NCBI RefSeq assembly: GCF_964355755.1
Contig: NC_092680.1
Location: 2,480,001-2,544,000, forward strand
DNA: 64,000 nucleotides
Reading direction: 5' to 3'
Source of the DNA: Antedon mediterranea
Taxonomy: Eukaryota > Animalia > Echinodermata
Below, piece after piece: positions 41,671 through 53,700 of this stretch. Made by a program: the position numbers and the translations under genes. A model generated the notes under the pieces. The model was given only the letters and a program-made list of their open reading frames with translations. It was not told where the DNA came from and searched no databases. The stretch's first letter is position 1; each line of letters begins with the position of its first letter.

Positions 41671-44600
41671 TACAGGGGTGAAAATATAACCTCCTTGGCG
41701 GAGGTAATTACTACAATAGTGTACTTTAGTATAGGTACATCCTCTGTATATTGTAGTATAGAGTACTGTATATTGATTCCTTACTTTGACTCCATTGTCT
41801 ATGACCTCCTGCCAAATGATATAGCCAGCCTGTAGATCACTCATGATATCCAGTAACCTCTGCATGTAATATTCTTCTAGCTTAGCATAGTCATCACCAA
41901 ACTGTTGTTCTTTCATGAATGCTGTGATGTCTGGGTTACTTTTCCTGTTTAAACACAATGATATATCAGTATTGCCATTAAACATCATTTTTTGGCCAGG
42001 AATGTCAAAATAAATATTGGAAGCATTTGCATTATAAGAGCAATTGGTTTTCTCATATCATTTTAATGTTAAGCTCTGATGTGCCCATATATGAACATGA
42101 TGTCATATCAATGCAATATTTAGGCATATCACTACAATTTTAACCATCAAACTTTATGTGACAACAAAATGTGATGTGCCCATATATGGACATGATGATG
42201 ATTAAGGCATATCACTACTACCATATTTAGACAAAGTTTTAGGCCTGGTAAAACAAACTTCTCATCTTGATTCAAATTTGCACCATATCAACAATGGATT
42301 AACTGCAGAATTCATCTTTAATCAAATGAAACTTTTTTGCATTATCTATCATTGAAAAAAAAAAAAAATAAAGAATACAATACCAGCAATCAAAACTGAC
42401 TTCATCTCCACCCATGTGTATGTAATGATCTGGGTATTTCGCAACAACTTCACCGAAGAAATCTTTCAAGATATCATAAGTAGAATTTAGGATTGGATTG
42501 ATTGGACCAAATGAGCCGGTTGCTTTACCGTCCTTGTAGCACGGAGTCAGAAGGTCGTTGATTGACCCCCATGACTGGGAATGTCCAGGAGTGTCGTACT
42601 CCGGTACAACGCGAATTCCTCGTTCTCTCGCATAGCTGATCACTAAAGATACCTGGTCTTGCGTGTATGTATGGCGTTGATCAAATGCACCCTAAATTAG
42701 AAATTCAATATTGAGATAATTTATCTAATACAATAATTGCAAGATAGGCCAGCATAGCAGCCTAATGAGTTTTGAATAAACAACACGCATTCTAAATGAT
42801 TTTAGTAGCTTAGTAGGTAGGTATAATTAGTTAAGTTAATTCATGTGAAATGGAAGCAGTACATCTATCGGAAGAGTAGGGGATTACCCCGGTGTAGTGG
42901 TTCATTTAGCCCCTGTGGACAGATGAACAGGCGCCATTTGGTGGCAGCATTGACACGACGGGACCCTTAGGGAAGAAAGTTGTGGTTTGTGTTTTTCACA
43001 CCTGCAAGTCGCTGGTTATTCCCCCATTTACATTTACATTCCATTTACTTACCCAATTGCTAAGTTGTGGATACTTTGAACTCTCATAAGGAAATGACTG
43101 ATCATCTACAATATGCCAATGAAAGACATTGAATTTGTTGTACACCATAGCATCCTGAAAAACACCCCAAAAAACACCCCAAAAATGATATCATAGTTCA
43201 AGTTCAATTTTCAAGTGGACACAAATGGATATTAAGAAAGTTAAGGCTACAATTTTGTTTGATTTAGTTAGTTGTAATTTAAGATTGAGCTTTCAATATA
43301 TTGTTTTTGGACCACATAATGCAGCAAGTATAGTCATGAGAAACTGATAATAAGAGAAAGGTAGGGAATCTAAAGTAAAACTCTGTCTACACTATCAAAC
43401 TTTATGTTTGATAGTGTAGACAGGGGTTTATATAGACATCCTTACAAGACTCTTGGCAGCCAACACCTGATATTGATGATGATTATGATGATGATGATGA
43501 TAAGAGAGCCTTAGCTTACGAAGTTATCAAGTAGCGTTGGCACATCAATAAAATGTCTTGATGTGTCTACTAGAATGCCACGATGAAGAAATCTTGGAAA
43601 GTCTGTTATGGTGGTAGCATTCACAGCCAACTGAAACCAAATCAACAGAATATTAATCATTGCTAATTCTGACTTTAATTGTGAAGAAATGATTTATCCT
43701 ATATCCAATCATTAATCTATCATGTCTATACTAGATTATAGAGTTTACCCAGGGTCCCTGGAAGTATACCCAGATCCCTGGGAGTATACCCAGATCCCTG
43801 GGAGTATACCCAGATCCCTGGGAGTATACCCAGATCCCTGGGAGTACACCCAGATCCCTCGAAGTATACCCAGAACCCTGGGAGTATACCCAGGGTCCCT
43901 GGGAGTGTACCCAGGGTCCCCGGGAGTATACCGAGATCCCTGGGAGTGTACCCAGGGTCCCTGGGAGTATACCCAGATCCCTGAGAGTATACCCAGATCC
44001 CTGGGAGTATATCCAGCATCCCTGGGAGTATATCCATCATCCCTGGGAGCATACCGGGTCCCTGGGAGTATACCCAGATCCCTGGGAGTGTACCCAGGGT
44101 CCCTGGAAGTATACCAAGATTCCTGGGAGTATACCCAGGGTCCCTGGGAGTATACCTAGGATCCCTGGGAGTATACCCTGATCCCTGAGAGTATACCCAG
44201 ATCCCTGGAAGTATACCCAGATCCCTGGAAGTATACCCAGATCCCTGGAAGTATACCCAGGATCCCTTGGAGTGTACCCACGGTCCTTGGGAGTATACCT
44301 AGGGTCCTTGGGAATATACCCAGAGTCCCTGGGAGTATACCTAGATCCCTGGGCGGATACCCAGATCCCTTGGAGTATACCCAGGGTCCCTGGGTATATA
44401 CCCAGATCCCTGGGAGTATACCCAGTCATTCATTATTCCATTCTTTCAATTCAGACAGGTGAATACCATAGTATTATATATATTATATTAAAAAAACCTG
44501 GAAAGTAATGTAAAGCATACCCCTCCATCTGAAGATTCATAGATGAGCTGACTAAATGTCTCCAATCCTGTACAAATCATATTCATTGAAATTACCTGAT

Positions 44601-46056
44601 ATGCTAATATCATACTAATATCATATATGTATAATTCCATACTTGAGTATAACCCTACACTCTAAAAGTAGATATTACATTATCATTATTACATTTACTA
44701 CCTCTGAGAACACCCCATATAGTGGCTGCTTTGATTCTAGCACCATCGCTGGCAACTGATAAAGTATCTGAATTAAAAAAAGAAATATAAAGTTATTATT
44801 TACAGTAGGTTAGTTTACTTTCACCCCATTAAGACATTTGGCCACTCTTATGGTTTCCATAACAAAGTAATTCAACTGGTAGGGTTGTAAGCACTTTTTC
44901 TAAAGCCTTGTCTACACTATCAAACTTTATGTGTAAAAAAATGTGATGTACCCACATCTACACAATGATGATGTCATAGAACTACCATATTTAAGCATAT
45001 CACTACCATATTTGGGTACATCACACTTTTTAAGTATACACAAGCCAGATGCGGCACCCATGTTTGACGGGGAATCAACTAGACATCTACACAATGAAAA
45101 CCAGAATAAATGATGCCTACAATTTTCGTTTGATTCCAGCGTTGGATAGTCAGGACAGATGTCCATTGTTACAATCATGCTTGAAATGCTTGGTTCGTTG
45201 ACCTTTGGTAGCCTAAATGTCGAGTTTTCTATATTTGACGGAACCTGTTGTGTTCCGTAGAATATCAGGTTGTAGTAGCGTGTAAACGCCATTTGAAGCA
45301 AATCACAAGTTTTACTGTCGTAGTTAAACCTGAAAGAAAATGAAATTTATTTTTTAATTATAATCATAATAATGACTTAAGTAAATAAGTAAATAATGAC
45401 TTAAGTATAGCTTTTTGAACAATTTGAGTAACGTTATAGTGGAGGGAGTTATGGTTTATATTTGCATCTGTATTTTATACAAAATACTATGTATAAAAAC
45501 AGCTTAGCAAAATTTTAAATAAAAATGGGTTAATAATTGATAACACTGTCAGATACTGTGAAAGCATTGAACAGTAGATTAATGTAGATTACCAAATTTT
45601 TGGTCAAATATTAATTATTATATTATATTCTAATAGTAATTAATTTCTAATAATATTTATTATAAATTCTTATTAATATTAATATTTTTCAAATCCCATG
45701 GAAATAAAACGGCATTATTAATTTTAGCCTTTGACCTGTGATCAGTTTAAACAGACTTACTTAAAAACCTTGTTTAAAAATAGCATACTAGTTGTGGTTT
45801 TAATTTGCTGCGGCAGGGGCCAGGGTGAGCCGGTGGTTGGATTCACGGTTTCTCCTAGATCTGCTGCTGCTCCTCCTCCTCCTGCAGCAGGTAGGCCTAG
45901 ACCTTCAGTCTCCGGTTTATAACGTAAATCATCCTGACTTTGACGAATAATATCTTCTACATTTCTAATGATATTATTGAGATCGTTATGTGGTTTGCAA
46001 AAAACATTTTTGTGTAACAATATACACACAAAAAGTGCAGCTAGTTTAAGCAACAT
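39889..46056 (-). CDS. HEXB: Beta-hexosaminidase (GH20), canonical paralog, 573 aa, 12 coding exons
   Basis: Exons 46056-45761, 45329-45121, 44767-44702, 44567-44521, 43630-43520, 43154-43053, 42691-42384, 41944-41785, 40888-40711, 40516-40426, 40240-40136, 39937-39889 join in frame (1722 nt). Features: signal peptide, [96 protein letters not shown]-stop. The symbol indicates family similarity, not proven one-to-one orthology. Confidence 0.96.
40965..41092. mobile_element. Harbinger-like MITE, family A, right end lost at the junction with a HINE-like element
   Basis: Left TIR AGCTCTGTCCACACTATCAAAC followed by the family interior. Confidence 0.75.
41093..41708 (+). mobile_element. Helentron-associated (HINE/DINE-1-like) non-autonomous element
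   Basis: Subterminal inverted repeat ACCTCCGCC (41105) / GGCGGAGGT (41697), 3' hairpin ACCTCCTTGGCGGAGGT, (ACAG)/(CA)n microsatellite and TGACC(C/T)T repeats. A second copy is at 61698-62338. Confidence 0.7.
43746..44425. repeat. 20/21-bp GC-rich quasi-palindromic minisatellite (CCCTGGGAGTATACCCAGAT)
   Basis: About 33 copies in the intron between exons 4 and 5 of the minus-strand Hex gene. Explains four repetitive ORFs. Confidence 0.97.
44904..45030. mobile_element. Harbinger-like MITE, family A (right end lost)
   Basis: Left TIR plus the family interior. Further remnants lie at 42072-42240 and 43381-43425. Confidence 0.75.
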
Positions 46057-46106
46057 TTTACAGTGTGGAAACGAAAATGCACGTTCCTTTGTTTACTTGA
46101 GGCTGA

Positions 46107-46140
46107 TCATGTGATAGAACTAGATTCTGGGTCATGTGAC
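46107..46140. promoter_or_regulatory. Pair of M-box/CLEAR-like E-boxes upstream of the minus-strand Hex gene
   Basis: TCATGTGA at 46107-46114 and GTCATGTGAC at 46131-46140, 50-85 bp upstream of the ATG. These match MiT/TFE sites typical of lysosomal genes. Confidence 0.6.
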
Positions 46141-46387
46141 ACTAAAAATATAGCTCATTTACTATATTAAAGGGTAACTCCATCTTTCAATATTGTTGTT
46201 ATATAATTATTGATAATAATCCCACTTATTTAACAGCGGTGAAGAAGAACGAGAAAAACATTTTTACTAATGTATTGTAAGGCCACGTGTCTGATGCAAT
46301 TTCAATTCAAATTCACATTTATTTACTCATCCTTTATACACTTGGTTACTGGTTGTAAAATGTAATGTACAAGATCAGCAAAATAAA

Positions 46388-47121
46388 AATTTAACTGTGT
46401 GACCGCAAATGACTAACAGTACCATCTTTCCCATTACACCTGCACAAACTCATTTGAATAACATAGAACGGCATACCAAACTACGGTGAGACATACATTC
46501 TCCTCAACACACGAAGATAATTAATTCCTTTTTTACATTAAAATTGAGGGCGCTAAACATAACATTTACGAGATCAAAAATACCATGTAGCGGGAAAAAA
46601 AAGTTTAAAAAGTGCTCTTCCTGCCTCAGCACTAAGGCCTTGCCACAGCCTTGGGGTCGTTCCCACCACATCATCACCAGATGCATTGCTAGTGCCTTCT
46701 CAAGATGTGTGATGGAAAGTGGGACGTATAATTCTGTGACGTAACCCCAAACACAGTTGGTTGCATACCTTTAACTCTATTCCTTCAACCAGCGTGGGAA
46801 TCGAACCCACGACATACGTGTCGTCAACATGACCCTCAGTCGCCAGAGCTAACTGTTCATTTTGGTTTTAACAAGGTTAATATGTTATTTATGACGTAAT
46901 GATGAATTACGTAATATATAAATAGACTATTATTAGCTGTTCAGTCATGTACCACTTTGTGGCGTAACGGGTAATGCTCAGGTTTGAGTGCTCTCAGCAT
47001 TGCGTTCAAACCTCTACGAATAGGCCTATTTTTTATCTTTATTGAAAATAATTTTTTTTTCTTTGATTTTCAAAGTGAGATATTTTGAGGATTGTAAATG
47101 TCAGGCCTAAACAAGTGGACC
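46388..47121. mobile_element. Second copy of the ~720-bp repeat with divergent tRNA-like segments
   Basis: Colinear similarity to 30539-31250, ending in CAGGCCTAAACAAGTGGA in both copies. Confidence 0.8.
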
Positions 47122-47820
47122 TTATGGGTTCGGAACCGACTCGGACCGGGCCTTTTATAATTAATTACAACAACTTTTAGGGGATTTTATAAACAAAGTT
47201 ACGACACAGACAACCGTACGTCGACGCTCCGCCGCGATCAATGTAATAATTATAGGCCTCGAATTTACTTTTCTTCCAGAAATAGCTTTCTCTTTAGCAT
47301 GTAAGGTAATTGATACAAAAGAGTAAACACGGTTCTACTTAGGCTATTTACTTTGCAGCGTATAATGGCAATCGGCTGATAGATGCAGTAAACCTTAATC
47401 ATGCCAATGATATAATTGTGTTGCGGCTAATAGTTCTCTAATTGTAATGCCGATGTTTAATGGCTATAAAATACCGTACGTATTTATCTGTGTATTTCCG
47501 TCGACCGGGATATAGATGTTTACACGACAAACTGAATTTTAGTAGAATTACTGAACCCATATATTGCATGCAACAAACCCATCAAGGTAAACGCAATAAC
47601 CATCCCCGCTCTGTACTTTCGGTATCATAAATCTAATTAAAGACGATTAACCCTACTATACCGAGTATTGTACATTATGGAATAACTGTATCCAATGAAG
47701 ATAACCCTTAAGTTACAGATCACACCGGTTATGAAAGATTATGTATTTGTGGACGTCGGTATCCAATCGAATCCTCAAGCATATCATTGTTAACGGTATT
47801 GTTCACTACACGATCGCTAA

Positions 47821-47998
47821 AGCTTCGTTCCCACTAGGACGCAACGCCCATGATGTATATACGCGCACCGCAGGTAATTCGGACCAGTCGCGACGTGAAG
47901 GATCATCCAAAATCGTTTGCTTGCATGTGATTGACTCACGCACTTACGCGTCGCGCCTACGTCGTCATTGCATTGCGTCCAACTGTGAGAACCAAGCG
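47821..47998. mobile_element. Degenerate Harbinger-like MITE, family C
   Basis: TAA|AGCTTCGTTCCCACTAGGACGCAA...TTGCGTCCAACTGTGAGAACCAAGCG|TTA. A related element lies near 59021-59159. Confidence 0.55.
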
Positions 47999-49671
47999 TT
48001 AGTGAATAGTCTTGATGCAAATGTTAACAGAGCACATACATACATGTATGAATTTGAACATTTTGTATCTGTTTAATTTTAACTTTATGAATCCTCTTGT
48101 ATCCTTATATTATGTCGTTTGTTTGTATTGTTTTTAAGACTATTCAATTCAGCTGTACTGTTATAGTTTCATACCTACCCTTGTAAAATAAAGTTGAATA
48201 AATAATAAATTAATATGGATGAGTGATTGGTGATGTATGTTATTGTTTTGTTTTGTCGAAACATAATGATGCGGTGCAGCACGCCAGTATCACATAAAAA
48301 GTCAATGATTCAATAACATTCAAACACCAAGTAACTGGTTTCTATAATTGTTTAATCTAAACGGAATATGTCAAAGAAATGTAATCCACATAAGAGACCC
48401 TGTCGACCTAATATTACGATGTAACAAGTATGAAAAACTGTCTAAGCACCTGCATTATTTATTATGTATATTAGCTAATTTAAATAAGTTGCATATCCTG
48501 CACGTACACATGCACCCTAATATTGTGTATACATTCAATTAATATACTTCATGCATTGTTATATACACGACGCTATACAATAATTATATACAAATATAGC
48601 ATCGATCGAGTTAACTGATAGGCTAATTTATAATTGAATAATATTTATCAAATGATAAACTAATGACGTCATCAAATCACTGGCAAATTAATGCATAAGC
48701 GGTCAATGATATTATACTCTATGAAACAAGCTGTTTATTATTATTCCTATATAATACTGTAAATACATATTTATGTATTATACGCGTACAATATTCAATA
48801 TGTCGCATATATTTCCTTTCACATAACTTGTCTTTATACTTAATTAAATATAAAAAAATATTAAATATAATATGCTTCACTGTAATATATTTAGACACTA
48901 TTCTAATTGTCAAGGTAAATGGTACTTAAATAGTTGAATATCATCTATATTAAACATGCTGCAAATAGACTATCTTACGTAAATTAACACAGAGTATTTT
49001 CGGATGAATTTTCATTTACGTCATATTTCCATTATTACTTTACTTTGTAATGGGTAACATTAATACTTATTTATGGGTAAATTAATCAAATCTAAAGTTA
49101 AAAGTTAAAACTATATAGAATTTCTTTTTAAAATTTGACTATAACTTATTGGCGAATTTACGAAAAAATACAGCAGAACCCCAATAACACATTATAGGGA
49201 TCGGACCCAACAAAGTGTCCCTTAATAGGGGTCGGATGTAGCATAAAAACGTACATTATATTAACCCCTTGTTCGCTTCATTGGAAAGTTTCCTCTAAAG
49301 AGGGCTGTCTCTGTAGTTCGGAACATCATGGAGAAATAAGTTCTCCATGGGAACACTAATACTTTGATACGTTAAAACTCTATTTTCATTTTGTTGATAT
49401 TGCTAAAAGTCAGGGTTTATGAAAAAGTATCGTAGATAATGGCTAAAAATATAAAATAAAAAAGACAATGATTGGAGGGTATTTAAAAATGTGTCACTGA
49501 ACATGGTCGACCGCTGGTTTATCAATATGGTGAATAGGTAATAGGTGTAGGGCCGCCGGATGGATGACCTAATAGGGCTACGGCGGCCGGATGGATGAGC
49601 TAAGTTAACATTGAGTATTGCACGTGGGGTTATACAATGAATACTCTCCATGGTTACATAATAATAATTTA

Positions 49672-50114
49672 CATTGTAAACATAGTGTTTAGATCTTAAA
49701 CATCTATTTTGTACCCACTTTTCCACACATTTAGCCTTAACATGTTTAGATATATCTAAACATGTAGTCTGTATCCAACACAACACATCAGTGACGTGTT
49801 GATTGTTAAACATGTGGAGCAATATAAAGACACGATTAGGTTTTAAACGTGTTTACTTTGCCATGTGTGGAGCTTTTTTCCGCCACAGTAAAATATGCAC
49901 GCAACGCTAAACACGTACCTAAACATGTTGACTGAACATACTAGTGATATGTTGACTGCTAAATGAGTGGAGGAAAACATGTGTATGTATGTAGCTATAA
50001 ACACGTTTCGGGTTTAAACTCGCTAAACATGTAACTACCTTTTTAAACGCTAAATGTATGGGAAAAAGTGGGTACAGAATAGATTTTTAAGATCTAAACA
50101 CTATTTTTACAGTG
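49672..50114. mobile_element. CACTA/EnSpm-like (CACTG-ended) non-autonomous element
   Basis: About 65-bp inverted termini CA(T/C)TGTAAA.ATAGTGTTTAGATCTTAAA.ATCTATT.TGTACCCACTTTT, TA on both flanks, and many internal AAACA(T/C)GT repeats. Confidence 0.8.
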
Positions 50115-50761
50115 TAGCCTAGACATTATACGAATCATCAGAATGTGGTTACGGGCTTTAGTTATGCAAAATGGAATAACAATACGGAAAATTGTAGGCC
50201 TAAGTATATATAATAGACATATAATAATAGAACATTAATACGCATGCGTCCTATGGTTATACATGATAATCAATCCCTAATATTAAAATTCCAATTAAAA
50301 TGGAACACATTAAATCTTACTATTATACTATTACAACATACTTATTGATAATATTAATTCGAATACCTAAATTCTATTTTTTTTTGCATAAAAAGATGAC
50401 TGAATACATCTCGGTTTCTATGTCTGTGACGTCATCATTTCTTCGTTGTTTTTATTGGTCGTCGTCATCGCTGTCATCCTTCTACATCCACATAATACGT
50501 CAATTATATTCTCTGTAATAAATCCGAAGATTTCCGTATTTTGGCAAACTTTAAACAATCTTGTATACGTGTTCCCCTAAGTTTGTATATTATTTATTTT
50601 GAATAAACAAATAGAGATATTATTATTATTATTATTATTCCATTACAATTTGGTCCAAACGCAACAAAGGTTTTTCCAGTATATAATATACGCATAGAGT
50701 TCCAACAAAAGTCTTGAATATTATCCCGGATGTTGGACTCTACATCTTGTAAGTGATTCCT

Positions 50762-53700
50762 TCATTCCACCTGACAACAACGGGTTGCGCATAAACACCA
50801 GCGAGAAGGCTTTACGAATCCTTTCTTTACAGGTTTTCCCATTAAAAAAAGTTCTTGATCTGAAATTAAATACAAAATTACCGGCTGCGGTGAGTCTATT
50901 GATTACATTATCGAATCTATGCACAGTTATCTTATTCTTTCATCGTGGAATCTCCCGGTTCATAGAAACATATAAGTCCTGGTTTATCTAAAGCTCTGTC
51001 TGCGCTATCAAACTAGTTTGACCAAAAAAGTGTGATGTGACCAAAAAAGTGTGATGTGCCCAAAACGTGGTTGTGATATGACATCATCATGTCCATATAT
51101 GGGCACATCACATATTTTTTTGATAGCGTAGACAGAGCTTTATATAATGAATTATGTGGTGTACGGCTGCGATGTGTCTATAGTGTAGCCATAATAGCCA
51201 TTTGTGAATGAGTATGAGTATTACTCCAGAAACCCAGTTCATTATTCGAAAAAGAGTAGGGGGTTACCCCGGTGAACTGGTTCACACAATAGCCCCTGTA
51301 TCAGTACCCCCTATCTGATAGGACAGTGATTAATTCACTATTGGTAATTCTTGGCCACATTGCCTAAAGACATAAAATAAAAAAATAAAAATTAAATATA
51401 CCTGTTACGATTTGTTTTTCTTCTGATTCCAACTCACGCATTAATGATTGTATACTTCTAATATCTCTGAAATTACAAACAAATGTAGTTGATTACTTAA
51501 TCTATAATATTCAGTAAAACAAATGAATGCTGTTCGAAGGGTTGAACACTATTTTACGTCAGTCTCATCAAATAAAAAGAATTGACAAATGCCGATATTT
51601 TGTAACCGAGCAGTTGGATGATGACAACAGTTATTCATTGTGTTTGTAAAGCTCTGTCTACACTATCAAACTAGTTTGACAAAAAAACATTGTGATGTGC
51701 CCAAACATGTTAGTGATATGCCCAAATATGGAAGTGATATGACATAATCATGTCCATATATGGGCACATTATTTTGTCACATAAAGTTTGATAGTGTAGA
51801 CAAGGCTTAATAACAAAATATTTCATTCTACACTCTTGTTTGCCTATTTATCCCCATCACCCTGATAGTTTGCCTATTTATCCCTATCATACCCTGGCCG
51901 TTTGTCTATTTATCCCCATCACCCTGATAGTTTGCCTATTTATCCCTATCATACATACCCTGGCCGTTTGTCTATTTATCCCCATCACCCTGATAGTTTG
52001 CCTATTTATCCCTATCATACCCTGGCCGTTTGTCTATTTATCCCCATCACCCTGATAGTTTGCCTATTTATCCCTATCATACCCTGGCCGTTTGTCTATT
52101 TATCCCCATCACCCTGATAGTTTGCCTATTTATCCCTATCATACCCTGGCCGTTTGTCTATTTATCCCCATCACCCTGATAGTTTGCCTATTTATCCCTA
52201 TCATACCCTGGCCGTTTGTCTATTTATCCCCATCACCCTGATAGTTTGCCTATTTATCCCTATCATACCCTGGCCGTTTGTCTATTTATCCCCATCACCC
52301 TGATAGTTTGCCTATTTATCCCTATCATACCCTGGCCGTTTGTCTATTTATCCCCATCACCCTGATAGTTTGCCTATTTATCCCTATCATACCCTGGCCG
52401 TTTGTCTATTTATCCCCATCACCCTGATAGTTTGCCTATTTATCCCTATCATACATACCCTGGCCGTTTGTCTATTTATCCCCATCACCCTGATAGTTTG
52501 CCTATTTATCCCTATCATACCCTGGCCGTTTGTCTATTTATCCCCATCACCCTGATAGTTTGCCTATTTATCCCTATCATACCCTGGCCGTTTGTCTATT
52601 TATCCCCATCACCCTGATAGTTTGCCTATTTATCCCTATCATACCCTGGCCGTTTGTCTATTTATCCCCATCACCCTGATAGTTTGCTTATTTATCCCTA
52701 TCATATCATTCATTCATCTTTTTATTTCGGAATATCATGGTGACATAATATATCCATAGCAAAAGAGAGAAAACAAAATCTTAATCTAAGAGCTCATAGC
52801 ACAAACATATATAAATATATAAAGTAAACAATGCATTCTTGACACATTAAGAACGTGGCGATTAATGGCTATGATCAAAGAATTACTTACGTTCACACAA
52901 TTTTTAAAACTAAAAACAGATTTTTTAATGAACTCATCAAAGGATGGGACGTCATTTAAGAACATCATGCTTGCACTACAATTTCTAGGCTGCTTCAGCA
53001 GCAAACGTAAGGCATTGTTATAACATACTTTCAGTGATCTCAGAGTGCTCTTATTATACCTACACCATCAGGTTGAACAGTACATGCTGACACAGTAACT
53101 CTTAAATAGAAACATTTAGTCGTAGTAGAACATTTTCCAAACTTTCTATTTAGGGAGTTGGCCCTAATGCAAACAAATCGATATTGACGTTTGATGTCAC
53201 TTTCATCACTCAGATTATTACTGATCACATGATCAAGATAGGCATTATCAACGTTTAGAGGTGCCCCATTTAAGGTAATATGTGGAATACCTTTGAGGTT
53301 GCGGACTTTCGGGCAAAATAGCAAGCATTTGGATTTGGTTTCATCAAAAGTAATATCATGGTCACTAGCAAAACCTTCAGTGTCCAATTAGGCTTTGTAA
53401 GCCAGCCACTGACGGAGCCAAAAGAACCAAGTCATCGGCAAAGCTTAGGCAATTCAGTTTAAGACTGTAATTTCACAACCTTCTTTTGACTTAGTCAGTT
53501 CAACAGTTAACGGATCAGTGTACACATTGTAAAGTAAAGGGGACATAACGCCTCCCTGGCGAACCCCATTACGAACTGTGAAAGAATCGGAAACGGAACC
53601 ACCCCACCTCGAACTGTGAAAGAATCGGAAACGGAACCACCCCACCTGACAACAAATTCCTGATTCCTATATCCTGATCGTTTGCCTATTTATCCTATCA

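Noticed and set aside
43722-44508. Four Pro/Gly-rich ORFs on both strands
   Set aside because: Products of the 20/21-bp intronic minisatellite.
50925-50990. MITE end forming the last-exon acceptor of R7BP (GCTTTAG|ATAAACC)
   Set aside because: That frame stops after about 18 codons without the Cys tail. The better acceptor at 50860 gives the expected C-terminus.
51840-52617. Duplicated 71-aa hydrophobic ORFs
   Set aside because: Readings of the 62-bp minisatellite.
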